Origin: Nitrospinota bacterium
Lineage (GTDB): Bacteria; Nitrospinota; Nitrospinia; Nitrospinales; VA-1
Length of the DNA: 41,352 nt
Direction: 5' to 3'
Assembly: GCA_038108555.1 (NCBI GenBank)
Contig: JAYNIA010000017.1
Coordinates: forward strand, 1-41,352
Made by a program: the position numbers and the translations under genes. Below are positions 27,854 to 37,919 of the stretch, one piece after another (within the stretch, counting starts at the first letter, position 1; every line of letters begins with the position of its first letter). The notes below the pieces were generated by a model. That model had not been told where the DNA came from and made no database searches. It worked only from the letters and a program-made list of their open reading frames with translations.

Positions 27854-28732
27854 CTAAGGCTTCATTCGCCTGAATATCAAATGCGAACCATACTTTAACC
27901 GGTATTTTGGGGGGAAATTTTTCATGGGCAAAGGCCCACCTGTTTTTCCCAGAAAATTTTGAGTACAACGCGATTTATAAATCAAGTCATATTCCAATTC
28001 CCTGAGCGCCCCAATCAAATCATCAATATTCAAAAAACGTGAACGCACCTTTTTCCCATAGAAATTTTGAGTCGTAATAAAAGTGGGAATATTCCCTGTG
28101 GGAACATCTTCCAATATTAAAAGTTCTGGCTGGTAACCAGCAAATTTAGACAATAAACCCTTCCAATCTGGAATGTATTGAAGAGAGCTTCCAGCATGAA
28201 CTATATGAACGGGACGGGACAACTCAGGAAGCTCTTCGTAAAAAAACAATTTCGGAAAGTCCTCTAATATTTCTTTAGATAGATCGCATATTGCTTTAAC
28301 CTCAACAATATGGAATTCGACTCTTTCCGGTTCTTCCAAAGCAGAAACTAAAGGAAAATAACTGGCGGCCATCCCTCCCCCAAAATCCAAAATTCGCAAA
28401 TCCCCTTTGGTTGTTGGAAGAAGAATCCCACCCACCAAGGACAAAACATAGTCTTGGGTAGAAGAAGCTAAAGATACGACTTTTCCAGAATGATAGGCAG
28501 CAAGGGCACTTTGGGCTTGGCGGGCAACTTTATTTATCCAAATCTTTCCTTCAAGGACATCATTGTCCTGAGGGGCTTCCTCCCATGAATCGTAAATCCC
28601 ATCCCAAACATTTAGGGCACCTGACAATACCAGATATTCAATAAGGGGAGACAGGTAAGAAGAAAATTTAGAGGTAAATACAATTTCTATTAACTTATGC
28701 TTTAACCTCAGCAAACTCGAAACCTCATTCAT
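27854..28732 (-). CDS. Putative SAM-dependent methyltransferase (TIGR04325/LIC12133-like)
   Basis: W.G.Y.SWEEA, ILDFGGG, IVE, SSLQYI and T.Q motifs, typical of this glycan-locus methyltransferase family. Confidence 0.75.
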   Translation of the reverse strand: MNEVSSLLRLKHKLIEIVFTSKFSSYLSPLIEYLVLSGALNVWDGIYDSWEEAPQDNDVLEGKIWINKVARQAQSALAAYHSGKVVSLASSTQDYVLSLVGGILLPTTKGDLRILDFGGGMAASYFPLVSALEEPERVEFHIVEVKAICDLSKEILEDFPKLFFYEELPELSRPVHIVHAGSSLQYIPDWKGLLSKFAGYQPELLILEDVPTGNIPTFITTQNFYGKKVRSRFLNIDDLIGALRELEYDLIYKSRCTQNFLGKTGGPLPMKNFPPKYRLKYGSHLIFRRMKP

Positions 28733-28762
28733 ATTTGATTTTTATATTTTTAAATTTAATTT

Positions 28763-29710
28763 TCATCCCATTTTTTCTAGTTTTCCCGATCGAAGAAGAT
28801 TTATTGTTTCTAAAATATTTCCCCTTATATCTCCTGTTAGTTTGAATCCTGTTTTGAGGATTTTTTGGCTGCACACTTCATAGGACAATTGATTCATAAT
28901 TTCAGAATCAACATATTCAATCTTAATGTTGGGTATAAATTCGGAAATGATATCTTTTATTGAATTTACGGTCATATTACTTGTAAGCACATTATAGACA
29001 TCACCCGGATACAGTTTTTCTTTTATGAAATGAGTTATTGCCCGGATCGCATCCGATAGTACCAGGTAAGGCCTTTTTTGATCTTTTGCTGTGGTCCAAA
29101 TAGTGAAAGGCTGCCCCATAACGGCTTGCCAACAAAACTTGTTTATTGCAGTATGGAATCTCATTCCAGGAGAGGTTCCACATATTGTTCCAAAGCGAAA
29201 AATTACAAATTTAAAATTTTCATCAGAACCCAACGAGCGAAGAAAATTCTCTTCTTTAAGCTTTGTTTCAGCATAGGGACTTTGGGGATTTAAATCTTCA
29301 GGAGAGCAATCCTCAGCTACCACCAATTTTTGTGTTCCATACACGCTGGTGGAAGAAATATGAATCATTGAACAACCCATTTCCCTACATGCCTCTGCCA
29401 CCTTTACCGTTCCCTCGAAATTAACTGTTTCAACCTGTCCCCTATTTTTAAAACTACTCGCCGCATCCGTTATCGCCGCTAAATGAAGAACCACCTCAGC
29501 GCCCTCAAAAAAAGGTCTCAAGTCTGTTTTAAGGATATCCTCCTCATAGAATTTATATACACCATTTCCTGGCAGGTTAAATAATGAAGGGTAGCGTTGT
29601 GTATGAAGGTTATCAATCAAAACTATCTCAGGTTCATGAAAAACCTCCGGCAATTCTCTTACAACCCTGGAGCCGATATGCCCCAGCGCACCTGTAATTA
29701 TTATTTTCAA
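28763..29710 (-). CDS. NAD-dependent epimerase/dehydratase (extended SDR)
   Basis: TGALGHIG, HLAAITD, SSTSVYG, YAETK and RFGT; TTG start. Confidence 0.9.
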   Translation of the reverse strand: MKIIITGALGHIGSRVVRELPEVFHEPEIVLIDNLHTQRYPSLFNLPGNGVYKFYEEDILKTDLRPFFEGAEVVLHLAAITDAASSFKNRGQVETVNFEGTVKVAEACREMGCSMIHISSTSVYGTQKLVVAEDCSPEDLNPQSPYAETKLKEENFLRSLGSDENFKFVIFRFGTICGTSPGMRFHTAINKFCWQAVMGQPFTIWTTAKDQKRPYLVLSDAIRAITHFIKEKLYPGDVYNVLTSNMTVNSIKDIISEFIPNIKIEYVDSEIMNQLSYEVCSQKILKTGFKLTGDIRGNILETINLLRSGKLEKMG

Positions 29711-29714
29711 AATC

Positions 29715-30701
29715 TCACCTTAAATACAAATCCAGATGCTTTTCATAAAATCCTTTTGTTCGAGCAAAACCCTCTTCCAAAGAAATTTTTGGTTTCCATC
29801 CCAATACATCCTTTATTTTTTTGTTAGAAAGAATAGCATCCCCAACATCAACTGATTTAGCTCCAGTCGGCCAATCAATAAAAACCACGTTTCCCTTGCC
29901 TATGTTTTTTACTGTCGCTTCAGCAATTTCCGCTACACTAAAATGCTTATCCCCCACTGCAAAGAAAACTTCTCCTGTCGACTTATCTGATTGTGCGGCT
30001 AGGATCAATGCAGAAACGGCATCATCTACAAATAGCACATTCCTCATCTGTTTTCCGTCTCCATAAACGGTAATATCTTTATCTTGCAACGCAAGACCTA
30101 TAAAATAATTATTAAACGTAAATTCCGGACTGTGGATGGATGCCCTGGGACCAAAAACATTTGACAACCGAATTACCGTAGAACACACATTAAATGCCTT
30201 TGAATAAATCAGAGTATACTTTTCAGAAACACTTTTATTGGCCGAATATATATCCGTGGGAAATTCAGGGTGTTTTTCATCAGCAGGTTGATAAGACAAT
30301 TTCCCCAATTGGGTGCTGGTTCCCACATGAACGAATTTTGCGGTTGGATTGAATCTTCTTACAGCCTCTAAAAGGTTTATAACCCCTTTACTATTTACAT
30401 CTGAATCTATCCATGGTTCGCGCATGGAAAAAGAATGTGATGTGGATGAAGCGCAGCTAAAAATATAATCTTTCCCGGGAACCACCTGAGAAACCTGGTC
30501 AAAATCAAGAATATTATGATACGAAAGTAATATGGAGTCCGAGAGGCCGTCAACATTACAAAGATTACCCCCAGATCTAGGATCCAAACAGTCAAAAATG
30601 GTTACTTCGGCTCCCATGCGCACAAATTCGTGGGCCAGATTGCTTCCAATGAAACCAAGCCCCCCTGTTATTAAAACTTTTTTTCCTTTCATTTTTTCCA
30701 T
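29715..30701 (-). CDS. NAD-dependent epimerase/dehydratase (extended SDR)
   Basis: TGGLGFIGS, YSANK, RL.NVFGP, YGDG.Q.R..LFVDD and LGW.P. Confidence 0.92.
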   Translation of the reverse strand: MEKMKGKKVLITGGLGFIGSNLAHEFVRMGAEVTIFDCLDPRSGGNLCNVDGLSDSILLSYHNILDFDQVSQVVPGKDYIFSCASSTSHSFSMREPWIDSDVNSKGVINLLEAVRRFNPTAKFVHVGTSTQLGKLSYQPADEKHPEFPTDIYSANKSVSEKYTLIYSKAFNVCSTVIRLSNVFGPRASIHSPEFTFNNYFIGLALQDKDITVYGDGKQMRNVLFVDDAVSALILAAQSDKSTGEVFFAVGDKHFSVAEIAEATVKNIGKGNVVFIDWPTGAKSVDVGDAILSNKKIKDVLGWKPKISLEEGFARTKGFYEKHLDLYLR

Positions 30702-30771
30702 TTAAATTTTAGTTAATAGGTTGTGGCAAAAAATTTTTGGGAGCTCGATCAGTACTTTGGGTTTAATAAAT

Positions 30772-31524
30772 TTAATCCTTTGTGCATTTCAGATATCCAC
30801 CCGGATTATTTGAAAATAAAAGTTTTTTATCAAATCTATCATCGACGGTAAATCTATCGGTTTCCCTCAAGAACTGAATCAAAGCAGTCTTTGGATTATT
30901 TCCAGGGCCCCAGGGTCTAACCCTGTGAGTTTGAGTTGGAATGTCCTCTACAATGGTATCTCCACAAACCAAATATTGACCTTTACCAACAAGTGGAGAA
31001 TAAAGATTGAGTTCTTTTTGGACATGTTCATGAGTATGGAAGGAATCCAAAAGAATTAAAACTTCTCTTGAATCACCAATTATGGATTTTACCTGTTCAA
31101 CGGTATTGGGATCTATGGATGATTCATTGATCAAGACCAATCGATCCGATATTTTTTCATGCGAAAAAAGCCTCTCTTTCAAATCATCGGGAATATAAAC
31201 ATCAATTCCTATCACCTTTTGTCCACCCAGGGCTTCCATAAGCGTCGAATAAAATAATAATCCTCCCCCCCATGCCACACCAACCTCAATAATAAACTTC
31301 GGTTTGGTCTGAAAAATTATTTCCTGTATTGCAAACATGTCTTGAGGCAGGTTTAAAACAGGCTCTCCAAACCAGTTTGTTTGATGAATCCATGAAAATT
31401 GATCCGCCCGAACAAACACATCCAGGGCATCTTTATACAGCGATTTGTCTTCAGACATTTTCTGAGCGCTTTCAGAGCGCATGGCTTCAAATTCAGATCG
31501 TGTATATAATTTTTTCTCCGTCAT
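30772..31524 (-). CDS. CmcI (cephalosporin hydroxylase-like) family methyltransferase, probable sugar O-methyltransferase
   Basis: W.G.P....PQD..A.QE.I...KP..IIE.GVA.GG, LDS.HT.EHV..EL..Y..LV..G.Y, DT.VE and RPWG.GNNP.TA. Confidence 0.88.
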   Translation of the reverse strand: MTEKKLYTRSEFEAMRSESAQKMSEDKSLYKDALDVFVRADQFSWIHQTNWFGEPVLNLPQDMFAIQEIIFQTKPKFIIEVGVAWGGGLLFYSTLMEALGGQKVIGIDVYIPDDLKERLFSHEKISDRLVLINESSIDPNTVEQVKSIIGDSREVLILLDSFHTHEHVQKELNLYSPLVGKGQYLVCGDTIVEDIPTQTHRVRPWGPGNNPKTALIQFLRETDRFTVDDRFDKKLLFSNNPGGYLKCTKD

Positions 31525-31547
31525 ATTTTATTCTTTCAATTTTGAAA

Positions 31548-32678
31548 TTAAGATCCCAACCTATTGGTATCGGTTAATTTTTTAATCCCCTCACATATCC
31601 AATCAATTTGGTCTTCTGTGAGTATGGCTGAGCCTGGAAGGTTAATACCCCGGCTTGAAATATCGTAGGCTACCGGGTTAATCTTTTCGTACCTGGCTTT
31701 TGCTCCTGGATAGGCGGGCAAAGATGAAAGAGGATAAAAAAATGGACGAGCCGGAATATCCATTTTAGCCAGTTTTTCGATCACATCCAGTTTATTTAAG
31801 TCGTATGACTTCCCAAATACTATTGAGGTTATCCAAGCTCCATTTACTCCACCTTCGGGCTCAGGGTTAAGATAAACATCTTCAATTCCCCCCAACCGGT
31901 CTCTATACATTTTTAATTGTTTTCTTTTTAACCCCACCAATTCTTCAATTCTTTGAAATTGAGCATACCCCAAAGCCGCCTGCACATTAAAAGGCATATA
32001 TTTAAATGTCACCTCATAATTAAAATACATGGCGCCCTCTTTACGACCATGATCCCTTAAAAACATACATCTTTCAAAGAGTTTATCGTCATCAAGTAAA
32101 AGCATTCCACCCTCACCCGTTGTCATTGTTTTTGTTCTGTGAAAACTAAATACAGACCCGATGCCAAATTTCCCTGCCCGTACTCCTTTCAAAGTCGACC
32201 CCAGAGATTCAGCCGAATCTTCTATCAAGAAAATATTATTTTCAGTGCAAATTTGGGTTAATTTGTCATAATCCGGCATGTTCCCAAACAAATCAACTGC
32301 AATCACCGCTTTGGTTTTTGGAGTAATTAATTTTTCAAGTGAAGCCGGATCAATGCACCAATGATTGGGGTCAATATCACAAAAAACTGGGGTTGCTCCC
32401 AAGTAAGTGATCCCCGCACCCGTTGCAATCCAAGTACACTCAGGAAGAATCACCTCATCTCCTTCCGATATCCCCATAGACGCAAGTATCAGGTGAATGG
32501 CCGTAGTACAATTCGGCGTCATAATTCCATACTTTCGATCATGGTAGGCAGCGAATTCCCGCTGGAACTTTTCAACATAGTCGTAGCTGTTTTCATACCA
32601 GCCATTCCGCATTGCATCTTCGACTACTTTTATTTCATGATCCGTGATCCAGGGACCTGCCATATGTATGGTCTTCAT
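31548..32678 (-). CDS. DegT/DnrJ/EryC1/StrS aminotransferase (perosamine-synthase-like, probably 4-amino)
   Basis: T.A.HL, GDEVI.P..TWIA, IEDSAESLG, and FSFH.TKT.TTGEGGM carrying the PLP lysine. Confidence 0.9.
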   Translation of the reverse strand: MKTIHMAGPWITDHEIKVVEDAMRNGWYENSYDYVEKFQREFAAYHDRKYGIMTPNCTTAIHLILASMGISEGDEVILPECTWIATGAGITYLGATPVFCDIDPNHWCIDPASLEKLITPKTKAVIAVDLFGNMPDYDKLTQICTENNIFLIEDSAESLGSTLKGVRAGKFGIGSVFSFHRTKTMTTGEGGMLLLDDDKLFERCMFLRDHGRKEGAMYFNYEVTFKYMPFNVQAALGYAQFQRIEELVGLKRKQLKMYRDRLGGIEDVYLNPEPEGGVNGAWITSIVFGKSYDLNKLDVIEKLAKMDIPARPFFYPLSSLPAYPGAKARYEKINPVAYDISSRGINLPGSAILTEDQIDWICEGIKKLTDTNRLGS

Positions 32679-33346
32679 TTGATATCCCTGCCATCCTTTA
32701 TGGGTTTTGCAGGAATACCCACTACCGTTTGCCCTTGTTCAACATTCTTCGTAACAACGGCACCCGCACCAACAATTGCATCTGAACCTATTTGGATTCT
32801 TGGAAGGACTGTTGCTCCTGCACCCACAAAACCGTTAACACCCACACTAACCAGACCACATAAAGTTGCACCAGGAGCAATTTCAACACCTGATTGAAGA
32901 ACGCTTTCATGTTCTACTGTGGCATTTGTGTTTACAATGCAATCTTGACCAATTTCAACCTCAGAAGAAATTACAGAACCTGCCATAATTTGAGAACCTT
33001 GTCCTATTTTTGCATTTTTGGAAATAAAAGCGGTGTGGTGGGCCAAAATAACAGGAGACAATCCTTTCTCCATCAGCTTTTGATGCAGTTTCATTCGTAC
33101 TCTTCCATGTGGATTCCCAATGGTGATACTAAAACCCAACTCTTTTTTGGATTGAATCCATTCCTCCAATTCACTGCCTGGAAATAAAGGAACATCTGGA
33201 AAAGGTTTTTTAAGATTAGGAGTATCATCAAAAACCGCAACAAGCCTGGAGCCATAATATTCAATGATGGGGCGAACCACCTTTGCCTGCCCGGTTCCTC
33301 CATAAAATATCATTTCTGGAGGAAATTGATTTATTTCACATTCCAT
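32675..33346 (-). CDS. Sugar N/O-acetyltransferase (PglD/PerB/NeuD family, hexapeptide repeats)
   Basis: N-terminal GG.GQ / DD Rossmann-like part, IG..R, NT.A.VEHE, left-handed beta-helix repeats and VGAGAVV.K.V...VVG.PA. Confidence 0.9.
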   Translation of the reverse strand: MECEINQFPPEMIFYGGTGQAKVVRPIIEYYGSRLVAVFDDTPNLKKPFPDVPLFPGSELEEWIQSKKELGFSITIGNPHGRVRMKLHQKLMEKGLSPVILAHHTAFISKNAKIGQGSQIMAGSVISSEVEIGQDCIVNTNATVEHESVLQSGVEIAPGATLCGLVSVGVNGFVGAGATVLPRIQIGSDAIVGAGAVVTKNVEQGQTVVGIPAKPIKDGRDIK

Positions 33347-33618
33347 TTGAGATTCTTATTCCTCAATATCCCCAGCTACAATCTTCGACCGAATACTTTT
33401 ATACACTTTCTCCAATCATTTCACAATTGATGCACCTAAAAAGTTTCCTCCAGCAAAAAAGGTCTATGGTTTTCCAACTTCCTGAATAATATAACATCTG
33501 AAAGTGGAGCAAAAGATAAAAGAAAAACCATAAAAAACCCTTAAAATAAGGTACTATTCGAAAGCCTTAGAGTATTTTCAAAATCCTTTTGAAAAAAAGA
33601 AAAATCCGGAGCACTTTA

Positions 33619-35535
33619 ATGACCCCAAACAACAAGGGCAAACTGGTTTTACTAAATTTATTTGCGGGGATATCCATATTTTTTGTTTTGATTGCCCTAA
33701 GACTGCCAATCCTCCTTAACTCGGATTCTCTTTTAAACACAGATGAAGCCTTAATGGCTTATGAAATACTCGATTTATACAACGGTGGCCCCTTCTTTTT
33801 TTATTACAGTGTGACCACCTATTTCGGCGTTTTAAATGGACTGGCGGCTATTCCCTTTTATAAACTCTTCGGAGTCAGCCCCTTGGCATTTAAACTCCCC
33901 GCCACCTTTTTTTATACTTTGTACATATTGTCCACCTATTGGCTGGCAAAAAAGATTCTACCCCAAGCAGCAAAAACAGTAATTTTACTTATGATTTTTA
34001 CTTCACCCGCTGTTTGGAACTTAACTTCATTGAACTTCGGGCTGGGGTTAACTTGTTTTTTGGGAAACTTGGTTTTTTTGACCTTTTATAAAGCTAAAAA
34101 AACCTTGTGGTTAAATTCTCTAAATGTCTTCCTGCTGGGGTTTGCTTCCGGTTTCGCAATATATTCCTTCACCTATACAATTATTTATATTGGCTCAATA
34201 ATTGTTCTGCATTTTTTATCCCTAAAAAAATGGAATACTTTACGAAAAAATTTTTCTATAAAAAACATTGCAGCTTGGTTTTTTAAAAGGAAAGAAAGCT
34301 TGCATAGAATCGCAGGAATACTGGATGCCATTATTTTATTTTTTATTCCTATAGTTTTATTCTCTTATGTATTCGGCGGATTCGGTATCGATATTGCGCG
34401 CTATTCTATTTTGCAAAGCAATGAACTCCACAAACCTTTGCAGCAACTATTAATAATCATCATCATTCGAGCCTGTCTTTATCGGCAGGATATATCAGGA
34501 ATTTTTAGTTCGGGCAAGTCCTTAATTTTATCAATCGACCCCTTGATCAGACGCTCCTGTCTATTTGGGATAATAGGGTTTATTCTGGGAATTCTTCCTC
34601 GCATTCTGAGCATCCTGTCGGGTCAAATCACAAGAGGAGGACAGGGGTTCGATGTCGATTTCGTTCCCACAAACCTAGCTTTCCATATTTGGGAATTGAT
34701 TATCTGGTTTATACCGGAAACTCTTGGGCTCAGGGAACCTATCACCCAATTGTTTCAGGGTAGGTTTGACATCCTTTCTCTCTCACAGGGACTATTAGCT
34801 GGCTTAATCATCATTCTTCTGGGCAAGGCAGCAATTTTCTTTATTTCCCCAAGAACTAAAGAAATCAAAAACTTTATCCTTTTAAAGCAGGTCGATTTTA
34901 ATCCAGCTCAGTTTTTATTTGTTCTTCCTGTTTTACTATGTGCTGCTGTAATAGCAAGTCAAGGGCCCCCTGCAGTACGGTATTTACTTCCACTACATGG
35001 AGTTGTTTCTATTTGGACTGCGATTTACCTTCAAAAAGTACTTTCTGAATCCAAGGGATTATTTGTCTTTGCCCTGGTCGCCTGGTGCCTATTTAGCGCG
35101 ATAGGAATTTATAAATCCTATTTAACATCAGGAATTGTCCATAACCTCTCAATTCAAAAAAGGCCCAACCCTATTCTAAATGTTATAAATTTCTGTAAAA
35201 AAAATCAGATTTCGCATGCTTATTCAGATTACTCCACCTCAATTTTGACCAGCTTTTTGAGCAAAGGCGATGTAAAGATGGCTGAATATACTAAAAATAT
35301 TTTCCTTGAAAAAATAAAGAGGGAGCTAGCGGGTGAAGAAAAATTTGCAATTGTTGTTAATGGTAATAGTAAGGACCTGAACATCTACCAAAGGTATTTA
35401 AATAAAAACATGGCCAAATTTTCGCAAGATATCGTACAGGATAACAACGGCACAAACAGGAAATTTTATATCTTTTCCAATTTTGAAGGGGATTTAAAAA
35501 CTATCGACTCCCTTCGTTCTCTAATTTCAAACTAA
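33619..35535 (+). CDS. Polytopic membrane protein, probable GT-C fold glycosyltransferase (ArnT/PMT-like)
   Basis: DE motif in the first loop (NTDEALMA) after TM1, many TM helices, RYLLP near the C-terminus and a soluble tail with YSDY. ATG 33619 has a GGAG RBS; the ORF is open from 33589. Confidence 0.65.
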   Translation: MTPNNKGKLVLLNLFAGISIFFVLIALRLPILLNSDSLLNTDEALMAYEILDLYNGGPFFFYYSVTTYFGVLNGLAAIPFYKLFGVSPLAFKLPATFFYTLYILSTYWLAKKILPQAAKTVILLMIFTSPAVWNLTSLNFGLGLTCFLGNLVFLTFYKAKKTLWLNSLNVFLLGFASGFAIYSFTYTIIYIGSIIVLHFLSLKKWNTLRKNFSIKNIAAWFFKRKESLHRIAGILDAIILFFIPIVLFSYVFGGFGIDIARYSILQSNELHKPLQQLLIIIIIRACLYRQDISGIFSSGKSLILSIDPLIRRSCLFGIIGFILGILPRILSILSGQITRGGQGFDVDFVPTNLAFHIWELIIWFIPETLGLREPITQLFQGRFDILSLSQGLLAGLIIILLGKAAIFFISPRTKEIKNFILLKQVDFNPAQFLFVLPVLLCAAVIASQGPPAVRYLLPLHGVVSIWTAIYLQKVLSESKGLFVFALVAWCLFSAIGIYKSYLTSGIVHNLSIQKRPNPILNVINFCKKNQISHAYSDYSTSILTSFLSKGDVKMAEYTKNIFLEKIKRELAGEEKFAIVVNGNSKDLNIYQRYLNKNMAKFSQDIVQDNNGTNRKFYIFSNFEGDLKTIDSLRSLISN

Positions 35536-35580
35536 AATTTCCAAACTCAGGTCAGAAAAAAAGATTGGCAGGATATTGCG

Positions 35581-36675
35581 TCACTTGTCAAAAAACTCCT
35601 TTAGGTGATTAATAACCAAAGATTGATCCTCGTGACTTAACTCTGGATATATCGGCAGGCTAAGCACCCTATCCACAATTTTTTCTGTATGAATCAATCC
35701 TTGGGAAGAATACCCTTTAAAAGCTGGCATCAAATGGACTGGCACAGGATAGTGAATCCCCGCTATAACACCTTTGGATTTTAAATTGCTTTCCAATGCA
35801 TTCCGTTGTTCAACATCTATAACGAACAAATGATAAACATGCAGACATTCGGGTCTTCGTTTGGGTAATACTAGGGGCAAGGAGTTCAGTTGTTCTTCAT
35901 ATTGATTTGCAATTGAAATACGGTTGGCATTGTCTTCTTCCAAATATCTGAGTTTAACCCTTAAAACTGCAGCCTGGATTTCGTCAAGACGACTGTTATA
36001 ACCTGTATATTGGCTAATACGATCTTTATCCCATCCATATTGTCGAAGTTTTATTAGCCTTTCAGCTAACTTGCAGTCTGAGGTGGTGACGGCTCCACCA
36101 TCCCCCAATGCCCCCAGATTTTTTGTGGGATAGAAACTAAAGCAGCCGACCTCCCCCAGGGTTCCCACCCGCGTACCTTTATAACTCGCACCGGGCGATT
36201 GTGCGCAATCTTCAATTAACTTTAAATTATATTTTTTGGCAACTTTCCTGAAACCGTCCATATCAGCAGGCTGGCCATATAAATGTACAACGAGTACCCC
36301 TTTGGATTTAGGGGTTATGGCCTTTTCCACGGAAATCGGGTCCAAAGTAAAATACTCTGATTCAACCTCAGCGAAAACGGGTACTGCACCGGCAAGAACA
36401 ATTGCAGCAACGGATGCTGTTGCCGTATGGGAAGGAACAATTATTTCATCGCCATCATTTATTTCCAATGCTCGTAAAGCAAGACAAATAGCATCGGTTC
36501 CACTACCAACGCCTATTGTGTATTTGGCACCAATAAATGTTGAAAATTCCTTTTCAAAAGCTTCAACATTTTCTCCCATTACCAAATTACCCTTTGCAAG
36601 CACACTCTGAATCGCAATATCTATTTCCTCCTTATGAGCTAGATATTGTAATTTCGGGTTGCTGCAAAGGATCAT
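35581..36675 (-). CDS. DegT/DnrJ/EryC1/StrS aminotransferase (FdtB/QdtB/DesV-like, probably 3-amino)
   Basis: SGTDA, VHLYGQ, IEDCAQ, SFYPTKNLGALGDGG, GYNSRLDEIQAAVLRVKL and HYPVP.H. Confidence 0.9.
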   Translation of the reverse strand: MILCSNPKLQYLAHKEEIDIAIQSVLAKGNLVMGENVEAFEKEFSTFIGAKYTIGVGSGTDAICLALRALEINDGDEIIVPSHTATASVAAIVLAGAVPVFAEVESEYFTLDPISVEKAITPKSKGVLVVHLYGQPADMDGFRKVAKKYNLKLIEDCAQSPGASYKGTRVGTLGEVGCFSFYPTKNLGALGDGGAVTTSDCKLAERLIKLRQYGWDKDRISQYTGYNSRLDEIQAAVLRVKLRYLEEDNANRISIANQYEEQLNSLPLVLPKRRPECLHVYHLFVIDVEQRNALESNLKSKGVIAGIHYPVPVHLMPAFKGYSSQGLIHTEKIVDRVLSLPIYPELSHEDQSLVINHLKEFFDK

Positions 36676-37898
36676 TTTCGAATTATTTCAACCTGAGGGA
36701 CGTATGTAATCCATTCTCCTCCCGACTCTGTGAAGGCCAACTCTTTTTCAAAGACTTCAGCTTTGTGATTCCAGGCAAAAAGCAAAAAACCGTCTGGATA
36801 TCCATCAAGGAGGGTTTCATAAGCGCGAACAGGAATATGCATTCCGGGGCTGAATTTACCCTGTTTTATGGGGGTTGTGTCAGAAATAAACTCAATCAGG
36901 TCGGGCCCAATATTGCAATAGTTGAGAACGGTAGTACTTTTGGATGTTGCCGCGTAACCAACAATCCTGCGCCCCGCATCCTTTTGCTCTTTCAAAATTT
37001 TCACTAAATTTTCCCGAGACGACTCACATTTTTCTCGAAATAAATCGTAAGTAGATCCAAGGTGAAGTCCCTTTTCCTCCTCATATTGGAGTTGATTTGT
37101 AACGGCTGAAGATACCGGCCATTTATCGCGTCGCGCCAATACGTAACGCATCGAACCCCCGTGAGTAGTCTGAGGTTTAACATCTACCAGGTCAAAATTA
37201 TATCTATTAAAAATATTCAGCACTGAACGTGCTGAAAATATATAAACATGTTCATCATATATTTGGTCATAGGCCGTATTTTCCACCATATCTCCAAGAT
37301 AAGGCTCTTCAAAAATCAAAACACCTCCGGGTGTAAGCAAATGGTCTGCACCCTTGGCAACCTCATGAAGGTCGGGTATATGGCACATCACATTTGCGGC
37401 AATAAGGGCATCCGCATGTCCTTTTTCTGAAACAATTTTTTTTGCCGCTTCCAAGTTAAAAAAAGAGCACAATGTTTCCACCCCATGCCCACGAGCTTTC
37501 TCCGCAACATTTGCAGAGGGCTCCACCCCCAATTGGCGAATTCTATCTTTGGCAAAACACTCCATCATTAGTCCGTCATTACTACCAATTTCAACCACAA
37601 ATGGATCGTCGCTTTTTAAGTAATTTTTCTTAACCCATTCTGCATATGAATTAAAATGGATAGCCATTCGTTTTGATGTTCGGGAAAAAAAAGCATAGTT
37701 TTCATGAAACATTTTTTCAGGGTCAGGCTGCACCAGAATTTGCAAGGTGGAGCAGTTCTCGCAAAACCCGGGCTTCAACTCAAAAAAATATTCGCTTGCA
37801 AAGTCATCTGGAGTTAAAAAACCGTTTGCGATTGGCATTTTTCCAAATGACATAAATGGTTCGAGAGATGTATCACAAATACGGCAGGTATATTTCAT
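36672..37898 (-). CDS. NDP-hexose C3-methyltransferase (TcaB9/KijD1/EvaC-like)
   Basis: N-terminal zinc site CRIC...CENC, EIGSNDG, ANVMCHIP, DQIYDEH, HGGSMR, GYAATSKS, KQGKFSPG.HIP and LFAWNH: the three-domain sugar C-methyltransferase layout. Confidence 0.88.
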   Translation of the reverse strand: MKYTCRICDTSLEPFMSFGKMPIANGFLTPDDFASEYFFELKPGFCENCSTLQILVQPDPEKMFHENYAFFSRTSKRMAIHFNSYAEWVKKNYLKSDDPFVVEIGSNDGLMMECFAKDRIRQLGVEPSANVAEKARGHGVETLCSFFNLEAAKKIVSEKGHADALIAANVMCHIPDLHEVAKGADHLLTPGGVLIFEEPYLGDMVENTAYDQIYDEHVYIFSARSVLNIFNRYNFDLVDVKPQTTHGGSMRYVLARRDKWPVSSAVTNQLQYEEEKGLHLGSTYDLFREKCESSRENLVKILKEQKDAGRRIVGYAATSKSTTVLNYCNIGPDLIEFISDTTPIKQGKFSPGMHIPVRAYETLLDGYPDGFLLFAWNHKAEVFEKELAFTESGGEWITYVPQVEIIRK

Positions 37899-37919
37899 AG
37901 GTTTTTCAAAGAATTTCGT

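Noticed and set aside
30772..31524. Beta-lactam (cephamycin) biosynthesis suggested by the CmcI family name
   Set aside because: The family is a methyltransferase fold common in glycan loci, and no beta-lactam pathway genes are present.
32361..32897. 178-aa plus-strand ORF and similar antisense ORFs (e.g. 7538-8026, 11959-12390, 38886-39428)
   Set aside because: They are antisense shadows of well-supported genes and show no recognisable motifs.
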